64,000 nucleotides of DNA, from IMG/VR virus record IMGVR_UViG_3300008265_000001, one strand, 5' to 3'. Shown here piece after piece: positions 43,741-52,076 of this stretch (positions are counted from its first letter, which is position 1; every line of letters begins with the position of its first letter). The notes beneath the pieces were generated by a model, which was given only the letters and a program-made list of their open reading frames with translations, did no database searches and was not told where the DNA came from. This DNA is from a virus. Made by a program: the position numbers and the translations under genes.

Positions 43741-44568
43741 TTAAGCTAACGGAGGGGAATTTTTATAACGGTGGGAGTTTGGAAGATTTGATGTTATTCC
43801 CCATTTATGATGTAGGCGACCTATTATTTTATCTGTTAAATCTGTTGATAAACTTATAGGAGTTATAACCAACTCGCATATTTCTCCTTCAAATCTTAAA
43901 GCAGCATAATTAGCCCATTGACCTATGTAAAATGGGCTAGATGAGATATTAGGGATAGAGGTAGAGTGTCCAGTAGATACATCTAATATTCCATTTGTTT
44001 GTGCAATAGATGTACTTGCAATTTGACCAACTTTTTTAATATAGGCTTGAGTTAGAAACGTGTTATTTAATACGGATTTAATCTTGAAAGGCTGAGCGCC
44101 AGCATAAGCATATTGGGTGAAAGTATTGTCATCATATATCCCAAAAGCCTTTAAAGCTGTTCCAACATCTCCCCAACCATAAACTACACCTTTTGTAGTA
44201 TTAGTTTTCTTATATAAAATAAATACTGAAAACTGAGGATTACCAGTTAAAGGGAAATTAGTACCAGAAGCCATAAAATGATTAATACCATCAAATCTTA
44301 TGGTATTTAGACTATTTAACCCACCAGTAATATAAGTAGGTTGATTGGTTGAAGTTGATTGTAAAAGATTTATAGAATTACCTGACTTATCATTCCATTG
44401 ACTTACACCTGTTGAAATTGTAATAGTGGAAGAGTCTGAAGCATCTAGCCAAAGTAATAGATTAAGTTTATCAAAGTCCCATAGTTTAGTAGTTATTTTA
44501 GGTAAATTATATAAACCATTCTCTATTCCTAAATTTTTTGGAAATCCGAATAATCCATTACTAGACAT
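43741..44568 (-). CDS. LamG-like (Laminin_G_3) protein
   Basis: WLDASDSSTI...QWNDKSGN...L.Q.....QPTY...GLN..N.IRFDG. Start set at the ATG at 44568, which has AAGGAGG 8 nt upstream and overlaps the upstream stop (ATGTCTAG). Confidence 0.65.
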   Translation of the reverse strand: MSSNGLFGFPKNLGIENGLYNLPKITTKLWDFDKLNLLLWLDASDSSTITISTGVSQWNDKSGNSINLLQSTSTNQPTYITGGLNSLNTIRFDGINHFMASGTNFPLTGNPQFSVFILYKKTNTTKGVVYGWGDVGTALKAFGIYDDNTFTQYAYAGAQPFKIKSVLNNTFLTQAYIKKVGQIASTSIAQTNGILDVSTGHSTSIPNISSSPFYIGQWANYAALRFEGEICELVITPISLSTDLTDKIIGRLHHKWGITSNLPNSHRYKNSPPLA

Positions 44569-44950
44569 CGAAATCTCCTCCTTCAACTATTATTCTAAAA
44601 TTTTCGCTATTATGAGTGGAGGCTTTTATACTTTTTCCAGCAGCTATAATCCACCCTAAATTAATAACCTCAAAAGTAAAAGCTTTAACTGTGCTACTTG
44701 GGGTAATTGCAGACACTGTAATCTCCAGTTTTAAATCTGTATTTATACCATCAAAAATATAAAAACGAATCATACCGTTAGTTGTTGTATCAGTAGCCGT
44801 TATAGTTATTCTTTCAACCCTAGACCCTAAAGTAGGATGTGCAATAAATAAGCTTACTGTAGTACCAGTACCATCTCTATTAGTATTAGCTACTGATAAT
44901 AAACCACGTTCGGTACGTGGGGTTTTTGTAAAGTTGGGTGTTATTGCCAT
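44561..44950 (-). CDS. small beta-rich protein downstream of the fibre gene (fibre accessory candidate)
   Basis: 129 aa. TAATG overlap with the fibre gene. Analogous in position and pattern to 54133..54483. Confidence 0.5.
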   Translation of the reverse strand: MAITPNFTKTPRTERGLLSVANTNRDGTGTTVSLFIAHPTLGSRVERITITATDTTTNGMIRFYIFDGINTDLKLEITVSAITPSSTVKAFTFEVINLGWIIAAGKSIKASTHNSENFRIIVEGGDFDV

Positions 44951-45984
44951 TAGGTGAAATTATTCCACTCGTAAAGTCCTGATTTGCTACCTTCTATTGT
45001 AACAGTTACATCACCTCCAGTATTTGTCGCTATCACACCCGCACCAACAAAATTAAGACTAGTTGCCGCAGATGTCAATGTAGAACCTTCATTAAGCACT
45101 GTAATACTAGCTGCACTGCCGCTTGGAGTACCCCAACTACCATCTTCGCGCAAGTATCTAGATGTGCCACTTCCTGTTGGTGCAGGAACAAGACCCGCAA
45201 CTGTATATGTGAATACAGCAAGGTCAGTCATATCGGATTTTACTAGAGTTCGCCAAGTTGGATTAGCTGAATTAGTTCCGTCTCCTGTTTGACTGAGTAC
45301 TTTTAGTTGAGTTGTTGTATTTCCTGAAAATCTTGTAGGCGTACCACTTGCCCCTCCTATAATAAGGTCGCCAAGAGTTGTCATTGGGTTAGCAAAACCT
45401 CCAGATGTACCATTGGTTGCGGCTGTTACACGACCTTTACTATCTACAGTGATGTTTGGATTAACATAGCTACCTGCGGTAACTCCCGAATTTGCAAGAG
45501 TCAGCGTTATACTTGTTGCCCCACTGCCAGTTGCATCACCAGATATAGTAATATTTTGGTTTGCTGAAAGTTTACTCGCTAGGTCGCTCGTCAGGTTTGT
45601 AATTTTTGACTGACTAAGGCTGCTAACTTGTGAATCTCCAATGCTCCCGCCAACCACAGAAAAAGTAAGTGCGTTGGCTGCATCATTATAACTAGCGCTG
45701 ATTGTTGAGCTATTTTGTACGAGCGCCGCAATTCTGTCATCTACCGTCTCGTTGAAATTAAGAATATCACTCGTTGCAACATCAGCCTTAAGCTTGAACC
45801 ATCTACCTATTCCTGATGCTGGCAACAACACCGAAACATCATCCGCAGTAGCGGTAGAAGTGCTGCCATAGCTAAACCATGCATTAACTGACCTGCAAAG
45901 CCGCGCATAGCCATCCAGAAGCAAAGCTGTTGGGAGTGCCTTGATTGCGCTTATGTCACTGATTGAATATCCTATTTTGACCAT
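44950..45984 (-). CDS. tail fibre protein
   Basis: ANSGVTAGSYVNPNITVDSKGRVTAATNG and RYLREDGSWGTPSG are classic phage tail-fibre repeat motifs. Start moved to MVKIGYS (45984). Confidence 0.7.
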   Translation of the reverse strand: MVKIGYSISDISAIKALPTALLLDGYARLCRSVNAWFSYGSTSTATADDVSVLLPASGIGRWFKLKADVATSDILNFNETVDDRIAALVQNSSTISASYNDAANALTFSVVGGSIGDSQVSSLSQSKITNLTSDLASKLSANQNITISGDATGSGATSITLTLANSGVTAGSYVNPNITVDSKGRVTAATNGTSGGFANPMTTLGDLIIGGASGTPTRFSGNTTTQLKVLSQTGDGTNSANPTWRTLVKSDMTDLAVFTYTVAGLVPAPTGSGTSRYLREDGSWGTPSGSAASITVLNEGSTLTSAATSLNFVGAGVIATNTGGDVTVTIEGSKSGLYEWNNFT

Positions 45985-46024
45985 GATATTATTGTAGTAT
46001 ATAAATTTAAAAAGCAAAAAGCGA

Positions 46025-46427
46025 ATGGCGCTCACAGATAAATTAACCGCAGAAAAAGCTGGGTTGGAGTCTTATTTAGATTCTGAGCGTGGAGCTAGGC
46101 TTGAGCAGAGTCAAATCTGGACAGTAAATAACAAAATTTTTACACCTGATTGGGAGGGGTTGAAGAACAGAGCATTGGGGGGGTGATTTATATCCTATTT
46201 TTCAACGACTTACTATTGCATCATTAGCTTCTGAAGCTAACACAATTAACACGGCAAGAGGTGACATTACCGATGCTATTTTAACAGTAAAAGTTGAAGC
46301 TGCACTTGCCAGTGGTTTTCAACTATTGACACAAATTGGTGGCTATCAGTTTACACAAGAAGAGAAGGATTTATGGCAATCTGCTATAGATGAGTTACAT
46401 TTTAGCTCTTTAGTTTACTTACCTTAA
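46025..46427 (+). pseudogene. ORF split at a G7 homopolymer (46177..46183): 53-aa ATG-initiated part plus an 88-codon startless continuation in the +1 frame
   Basis: Frame A reads ATG 46025 ... ttg ggg ggg TGA (46184..46186). Frame B is open from 46164 to TAA 46427 with no start codon before 46340. Removing one G fuses the two frames. Confidence 0.6.
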
Positions 46428-46449
46428 TGCAACAATATATTTTTAATTT

Positions 46450-47217
46450 ATGAGAATTTCAGCATACGCAAGAGCAACAAATCCTAAATACGCCAATTTT
46501 GCTGTAGATTGGGCAGGTTTAGCAGGTCAGCTTGGTACTAAGGCTGGTAAAGCTTTATCCACTACTGGAGGCACAGCTAAACTTGGTGCTGGCATCGGCG
46601 CAGGTGTCGGTGCAATTAACTATCTCAGGAGTGAAGACAAGTCGATTGGCAATCTTGCAGGTCAAGTAGCTGGTGGTGCTGCATTGGGTGGCGCTGCTGG
46701 TTATGGTGGGTCAAGTCTACGAAATGCTTGGCAAGCACGTAAGGCTGGCAATCAGGCTATGTTGGCTCCTGCGGCTTCTACAATGCCTCAACCACAAGCA
46801 CCAGTCCCTACAAGTAATGGTCAACCTATCCAAACTGCTCCACCTAAACAACAAGCTCAATTACCTGCGGCTCAACCTATTCAACGACCACAGCCTACTC
46901 AGAATGGGGTAATAGTAACACCTGCCCCTGCAAGTCAGCAGACTATTGATACTACGGCTATCACTGTCCCAAATGCAAGTGGAAAAACCCAATCTGGCAA
47001 TTCTCAGCCATATCCTTTAGCTAATCAAAATACTCAAGGAGTGGGACAAGAACAAATCGGTACACTTTCACAAAAACGTAGGAAAGTTCAATTAAAAACT
47101 GCCCCAGCAGGAACGTATCAAACTAATGGATTGCCTCCTACTATAAGTAACAACAGTAAAGCTGAATCCCCTTTTGCCAATTTTAAAGTGCGTCGTTACA
47201 ACGGCTTTGTGTATTAG
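46450..47217 (+). CDS. ANF / Gly-zipper family protein with a P/Q-rich linker
   Basis: 255 aa. N-terminus NPKYANFAVDW...AKLGAGIGAGVGAINYL...GGAALGGAAGYGG; C-terminus SPFANFKVRRYNGFVY. Confidence 0.6.
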   Translation: MRISAYARATNPKYANFAVDWAGLAGQLGTKAGKALSTTGGTAKLGAGIGAGVGAINYLRSEDKSIGNLAGQVAGGAALGGAAGYGGSSLRNAWQARKAGNQAMLAPAASTMPQPQAPVPTSNGQPIQTAPPKQQAQLPAAQPIQRPQPTQNGVIVTPAPASQQTIDTTAITVPNASGKTQSGNSQPYPLANQNTQGVGQEQIGTLSQKRRKVQLKTAPAGTYQTNGLPPTISNNSKAESPFANFKVRRYNGFVY

Positions 47218-47224
47218 TGAAGTT

Positions 47225-48130
47225 TTATCCTACTGAATCCCATAGCGACTCACTCATACCATCCCACTGCTCATTTGACAGGGAATCCCATAGGTAGCTT
47301 GCAATTACTATTAAGGAACTACTAAACAACAATCTTGAATTTGCCTCTAAGTTTCGGATTTTTATCGGTAATTGAAATTTAATATGTGGGGCAGAAAGAG
47401 ATGAAGTTGCCAGCTCTAGTTTGCTTTCGGTTGTCAGCAGCAATTTGTCAAATTTTAACTCTGACTGCGGTATATAATCCGATACCCGTCTTCCAAGCTC
47501 TAAAAGATGTACATTTTCAATAGCTGGCACAAAAAGCAAGAAATTAAGCAACTCACCCCCAAATCCTTCTCCTAAAACAAACGAAGATAAATTTGGTAAC
47601 ATATATCCAGCATCAAGCTTGGTATTTTGTTGGAAATCAGCTAAATTTATCGATGTGTTGGTCATTCCAGTAACAACATCATGTGAAAGTAGGCAAACTT
47701 GTGTAGTTTCGAGGTCGCCAAAAGCTAATTCTCGGTCAGCAACGTTAAGTCGAGAGTAGTTTTGAGCAAAGTTTGTAGATGTGTAGTCAATTTCTAATAG
47801 TTTGGGCAGATTTGGATTGATTTTACCTACTTTTAGCAGTGAGTTGTTAGAGTTTTTTGATACGATGAGCAGAGAATAGCTGGAAGCACCAGAAATGATG
47901 CCTGAGACGCGAGGAAATAGTTTCTGGGTAGAAGTGAAGGTCATGCCTTGAGCACCACGTATAGGAAAGTTTAGTGCGCCTGTAGAAATGAAGTCGTAAT
48001 CTGTGTTGCCAGTAAGGTTTAGCTGAGTGAAGGTTGACCCAACAATAGATGTATAAGCCATATTGGTAAAGTCCAAGTAACTACGGCATGGAAGTGAATT
48101 TGTCTCGATATAATCTAGGGATAATGTCAT
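47225..48130 (-). CDS. hypothetical protein
   Basis: 301-aa ORF, convergent with 46450..47217 (7-nt gap). Confidence 0.5.
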   Translation of the reverse strand: MTLSLDYIETNSLPCRSYLDFTNMAYTSIVGSTFTQLNLTGNTDYDFISTGALNFPIRGAQGMTFTSTQKLFPRVSGIISGASSYSLLIVSKNSNNSLLKVGKINPNLPKLLEIDYTSTNFAQNYSRLNVADRELAFGDLETTQVCLLSHDVVTGMTNTSINLADFQQNTKLDAGYMLPNLSSFVLGEGFGGELLNFLLFVPAIENVHLLELGRRVSDYIPQSELKFDKLLLTTESKLELATSSLSAPHIKFQLPIKIRNLEANSRLLFSSSLIVIASYLWDSLSNEQWDGMSESLWDSVG

Positions 48131-48164
48131 GTGTTAGGCTTAGTATTATTTATATTTTACTATT

Positions 48165-48650
48165 ATGACCATTTATCTAGCTTGCGATATCGGCTTCAGG
48201 AATCTCGGTTTCTCTGTGATACAGGCAGAAAAAGAGAGTCTTAAGTTACTGTACGCTGAAAATTTTGTTACAACTGGCAAGACTATATCTGAAAATTTAA
48301 ATGAAATAGCGACACATTTCAAGCAATTAGTTAAACAATATCAGCCAGACACTTACATTTTTGAAGACCCTGTGATGAAGGGTGCAACTGGGGCAAAGTT
48401 GAATCAGGTAATTGGTTTGCTGAGATATTTATCGTATAAGTATGAGTTAGCTGAATTTTGTTATAAGCCAACTGAAGTTAAGAAAGCGGTCACATCAGGA
48501 GGTGGGGCAGATAAGCAACAGGTGATTGATGCAGTTGAAAAAGTATTCCCAGAACGTAAGTTCTCTTTAAGAGATAACCACTGCGCGGATAGTACGGCAG
48601 TGGCGCTTTGTCATATTTATAAAACTAAAATTCAGATTGCGGGTTTATGA
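48165..48650 (+). CDS. ruvC: RuvC-like Holliday junction resolvase
   Basis: IYLACDIGFRNLGFSVI, YIFEDPVM, KPTEVKKAVTSGGGADKQQV and DNHCADSTAVALCH match the RuvC catalytic D/E/D pattern and spacing. Confidence 0.8.
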   Translation: MTIYLACDIGFRNLGFSVIQAEKESLKLLYAENFVTTGKTISENLNEIATHFKQLVKQYQPDTYIFEDPVMKGATGAKLNQVIGLLRYLSYKYELAEFCYKPTEVKKAVTSGGGADKQQVIDAVEKVFPERKFSLRDNHCADSTAVALCHIYKTKIQIAGL

Positions 48651-48909
48651 GTTTGTAAAGAAGTCTGCCAACATTTATATCAACACTATTTTGCATCTTT
48701 TTACGGTCTGGCTTAGTTAAAAACTCTTCTGGAGTATAGGTTAACTCTAAATTGTACGTCTTGCCGTCTTTAGTACGCATTTTACGAGTAAGGCATATAG
48801 CTTCAGGTGATTTTACAATTTCACAAGAAATATCTTTCCGTTCCCCAACAACACCTAAACAACTCTCTAGATACATTTCTAGAATTTCTAACTTTTTCAT
48901 GTTTTTCAC
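48625..48909 (-). CDS. hypothetical protein
   Basis: 94-aa ORF. Its 3' end overlaps the ruvC 3' end by 26 nt. Confidence 0.4.
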   Translation of the reverse strand: MKNMKKLEILEMYLESCLGVVGERKDISCEIVKSPEAICLTRKMRTKDGKTYNLELTYTPEEFLTKPDRKKMQNSVDINVGRLLYKLINPQSEF

Positions 48910-48999
48910 TATTCACTAGAAATTACTATAGCATAATTGTCGTGTAGTAAATATTTAGTGTATAATAAATATGTAGTAAATAATTTCCTAACCTATATT

Positions 49000-49677
49000 A
49001 TGTTCTCAGAATTAATTTCACAATCTCAGCGTGTTTCCGATGATTACGTCAATGTAACTTTGTGGTGTAAAAAATTTGATAAAAAATGGGCGCAATTCAT
49101 GCACCTTGCAGAAGCTATCAATTTCATTGAGTCTCTATCATTAAATCTAAAGGTTGCCAAACCCAACCTTATAGAAACTAAACGTGGAAAAGGAGGCGGT
49201 ACATGGGTTCATCCCCTTCTGGCAATTAAAATTGCAGAATGGCTCAGTCCAGATTTTGAGGTTTTTGTCAAGCAGACTTTTGCGGCTTACCTAAAAGCTG
49301 ATATGTCTCTTGCAGACTCTATCGTTGAACGTAGTGATGACCTTGAAGCAATTACTCGTCACAACACTAAATCAGTTGCGAGACAAAAGCAACTTGAAAA
49401 ATATCATGGACTCATGGGCGAACTTCGAGGTCGTGAATGTGAAGATATGCACTTTGCTACTGTCAACAAACACAATAACAAGCTTGTGGGTATTGAAACC
49501 CGTAAAAATGGTCTAACTGCTGATGAAGTAACTATTGTGTCTCTACTTGAAGATTTTGAAAAATTGCAACTGTCTCGCAACCCAGACGCAAAAAAGTGGA
49601 AGGCTGTTAATTCAGTTAAAGATTCTGGCGACAAACTCATGGGGTTCCTAGACCAAAACTTACTTCCCGCAATCTAG
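49000..49677 (+). CDS. KilA-N domain protein
   Basis: DDYVNVTLWCKKFDKKW..F......FI..L......LIETKRGKGGGTWVHPLLAIKIAEWLSPDFEVFV. Start moved to the ATG at 49000. A TATAAT box lies at 48961..48966. Confidence 0.7.
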   Translation: MFSELISQSQRVSDDYVNVTLWCKKFDKKWAQFMHLAEAINFIESLSLNLKVAKPNLIETKRGKGGGTWVHPLLAIKIAEWLSPDFEVFVKQTFAAYLKADMSLADSIVERSDDLEAITRHNTKSVARQKQLEKYHGLMGELRGRECEDMHFATVNKHNNKLVGIETRKNGLTADEVTIVSLLEDFEKLQLSRNPDAKKWKAVNSVKDSGDKLMGFLDQNLLPAI

Positions 49678-49817
49678 CCGCGAACACACAATTAGCTTAC
49701 AGTAAGGGTTTCGGATTTCTAATTTTACTTTAGAGGTCTGGAATCCTTAGTTTACGTTGTTTAAGCCGCGAACTAGCTTGTGGTCTATACTTAATAGATA
49801 TAGATAAGCGCAGAAAA

Positions 49818-50174
49818 ATGGCTGACACAATAAAACCGCACAAAAAGGGCGACACTTGGGACGGAGTTGAGTTTCACTTCGAGACTGAAAATAATGGCAT
49901 ATATTCTGACATGGACTTAACTGGCTATTCTTTTTCTGCCAAATTTAAAACTAGCCCTCAAGGTTCTGTAATTTGGGAATTTAGTACTACTAATGATAAA
50001 ATCACTTGTCCAGTACCTACAAATGGCAAGATATATTTTATGCCTCAAGTTATACAATACAATCCTCAACGCTACATATTTGGTATAGAAATGACTGCTC
50101 CTGATGGACGAGTTACCACTATTACAGACGGTGCTAACCCGTTAGTGTGGACTATTTTACCTGATATAACATAA
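49818..50174 (+). CDS. small Ig-like baseplate/fibre-module protein
   Basis: 118 aa. The pattern KKGDTWDGVEF.F......DLTGYSFSAKFK resembles BppU-N-type domains. Confidence 0.45.
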   Translation: MADTIKPHKKGDTWDGVEFHFETENNGIYSDMDLTGYSFSAKFKTSPQGSVIWEFSTTNDKITCPVPTNGKIYFMPQVIQYNPQRYIFGIEMTAPDGRVTTITDGANPLVWTILPDIT

Positions 50175-50602
50175 TGAGAGTAACAGTAAATCAAACCACT
50201 CAAGAATATAGAATAACTGCAACTGAAAATATAAATCAGTTTCGTATTCTTGTTTCAGAGTCATTAGCAACTAACATACGAGTTACAGTAGCATCTTTAG
50301 GAGTTAGTGGTCTTAGTGCTTATACTATAGCCTTGATAAACGGTTTTGTTGGTACTGAGCAGGAGTGGCTTCAAAGTTTGAAAGGGCAAGAAGCAACTTT
50401 AAACACTTGGATTTACTATGTAAGCACTTGGGACACTGCTCCTACATTTGTAGAGAATATTGTAGGTGGCTCAGTCTACAGCTATACCTACAATGCTACA
50501 ATTAGGTATAGATTTGTACCCTCTCCTTATACGCCTTCTCAAGATGCTTTTTACAGCACTTACAATAGTCCAACTTTAAGCGGTTTAATAGTTTCAAGAT
50601 AA
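50174..50602 (+). CDS. fibre-module protein with a G.SAY..A...GFVGTE.EWL.SLKG motif
   Basis: GLSAYTIALINGFVGTEQEWLQSLKGQEAT is a motif common in phage tail-fibre proteins. TAATG overlap with the upstream gene. Confidence 0.55.
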   Translation: MRVTVNQTTQEYRITATENINQFRILVSESLATNIRVTVASLGVSGLSAYTIALINGFVGTEQEWLQSLKGQEATLNTWIYYVSTWDTAPTFVENIVGGSVYSYTYNATIRYRFVPSPYTPSQDAFYSTYNSPTLSGLIVSR

Positions 50603-50603
50603 A

Positions 50604-51011
50604 ATGAGTAAATCAAATACTTACGAAAATGACTTGATGTTATTCACTTTTAATGCTACTGCAATCAGTGGTATTGGTGGTAACTTATTTGTCTCTCTGC
50701 ATAACGCAGATGTTGGTGAAGCTGGTGTTCAAACTACATCAGAAATTTCTTATACAGGTTATGCTCGGATATCTGTACCGAGAGATAATACAGGATGGAC
50801 TGTTGTAGATAATAACGCAGTAAACGCAGCTCAAATTCAATTTGCCAACTGTACAGGAGGAACTGACACTGCTACTCACTGGGCTATTGGGACAGCTTCC
50901 ACAGGCACAGGAAAAGTACTTTATAAGGGCGCATTAAACTCTTCTCTTGCTATCTCACTAAATATTCAACCAATTATCGGTGCTGGCGCTTTAAGCATCA
51001 CAGAGGACTAA
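50604..51011 (+). CDS. conserved phage virion/fibre-associated small protein
   Basis: 135 aa. Pattern L.LFTFN....LFVSLHNAD.GEAG...EISYTGYARISV.R...W......N...I.F...TG.....HWAIG. Confidence 0.5.
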   Translation: MSKSNTYENDLMLFTFNATAISGIGGNLFVSLHNADVGEAGVQTTSEISYTGYARISVPRDNTGWTVVDNNAVNAAQIQFANCTGGTDTATHWAIGTASTGTGKVLYKGALNSSLAISLNIQPIIGAGALSITED

Positions 51012-51016
51012 AGTAA

Positions 51017-51919
51017 ATGGGTTTTTCAAGTATCGATGCTCTTGTCAATGCAATTACAGTAAATAATACAATTGCAAAATTAGGTTTTAATAGAACTATT
51101 CAAACTGGCGCAACTTCAGCAGCAGGTAGATGGCATGAATTATTATCCGCAGGTGGTACTGGAGGTCAGATGGTCTTAACTGGTACTGCTGGGATAGGTA
51201 TTTCAAGAAACCGTTCTAGTGTGGGTGCTTTGCCTCTTAATGCGGATGTTGCTACTCTTACTCGTCATTTATTATCAATGACAGCAATTACGCCCTCAGC
51301 AACGGCAGTGCCTTCTTATTTGCTACTTACAGATATTATTCATTTGTATCCGTCACTAGCTTTAACTGGCGCTCCTAGCACTTTATCAAATCACCCAACT
51401 TGGACAGGCACTGGAAACACTCGATTAACCAATGCTAACGGTGTACAAGCTTCACTTATTGTCACAACTGCTACAACTGCTGGTAACGGTCAAATCACCT
51501 TAACTTATACAAATGAAGCTGGTACTTCTGGACGTACTACAGTGGCTCCTACAGGGTCACTTTTTGCTCCTGCTACAGCAACTCCAGTTGGTGCTTGTTA
51601 TGGTCAAACTAATACGGCTGTTACAGTTGGAGGTCTTTTCCATCCAATGCAAGCAGGGGATTTAGGTATTCAATCTGTCCAGTCTTATGTAATCAATACT
51701 GGAGCAACTTCTGGTGTAGGTTGCCTAGTTTTACATCGTCCAATTGCATATATCCCTCTTGTTGCTGCTAACGTAGCTGGCGAACGCGATTTTCTTAACC
51801 AAATTCCAGCTTTACCTAGAATTTATGATGATTCTTGCTTGGGAATGTTTATTCAAGTTGGCGGAGCTTTAACTGCGGGTAGTGTTGTCTTTGGAGAAAT
51901 TCAATATGCTTGGAACTAG
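51017..51919 (+). CDS. hypothetical virion protein
   Basis: 300-aa ORF. Confidence 0.5.
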   Translation: MGFSSIDALVNAITVNNTIAKLGFNRTIQTGATSAAGRWHELLSAGGTGGQMVLTGTAGIGISRNRSSVGALPLNADVATLTRHLLSMTAITPSATAVPSYLLLTDIIHLYPSLALTGAPSTLSNHPTWTGTGNTRLTNANGVQASLIVTTATTAGNGQITLTYTNEAGTSGRTTVAPTGSLFAPATATPVGACYGQTNTAVTVGGLFHPMQAGDLGIQSVQSYVINTGATSGVGCLVLHRPIAYIPLVAANVAGERDFLNQIPALPRIYDDSCLGMFIQVGGALTAGSVVFGEIQYAWN

Positions 51920-52076
51920 TTTAAAAATCCCATTAGCTGCACCGCCTTATAATGAAGGTACTGTAGTAGGTTTTGAAGTTGTTGATGGAAGATTTATTAG
52001 AGTTAACAGTAAACAAGAAGCTCTAGATTTAATTATTGCCCTGCAAACTATAGCAGATAATTGGAATGCTAACTAA
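51906..52076 (+). CDS. small hypothetical protein
   Basis: 56 aa from the internal ATG; overlaps both neighbours by 11-14 nt. Confidence 0.35.
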   Translation: MLGTSLKIPLAAPPYNEGTVVGFEVVDGRFIRVNSKQEALDLIIALQTIADNWNAN

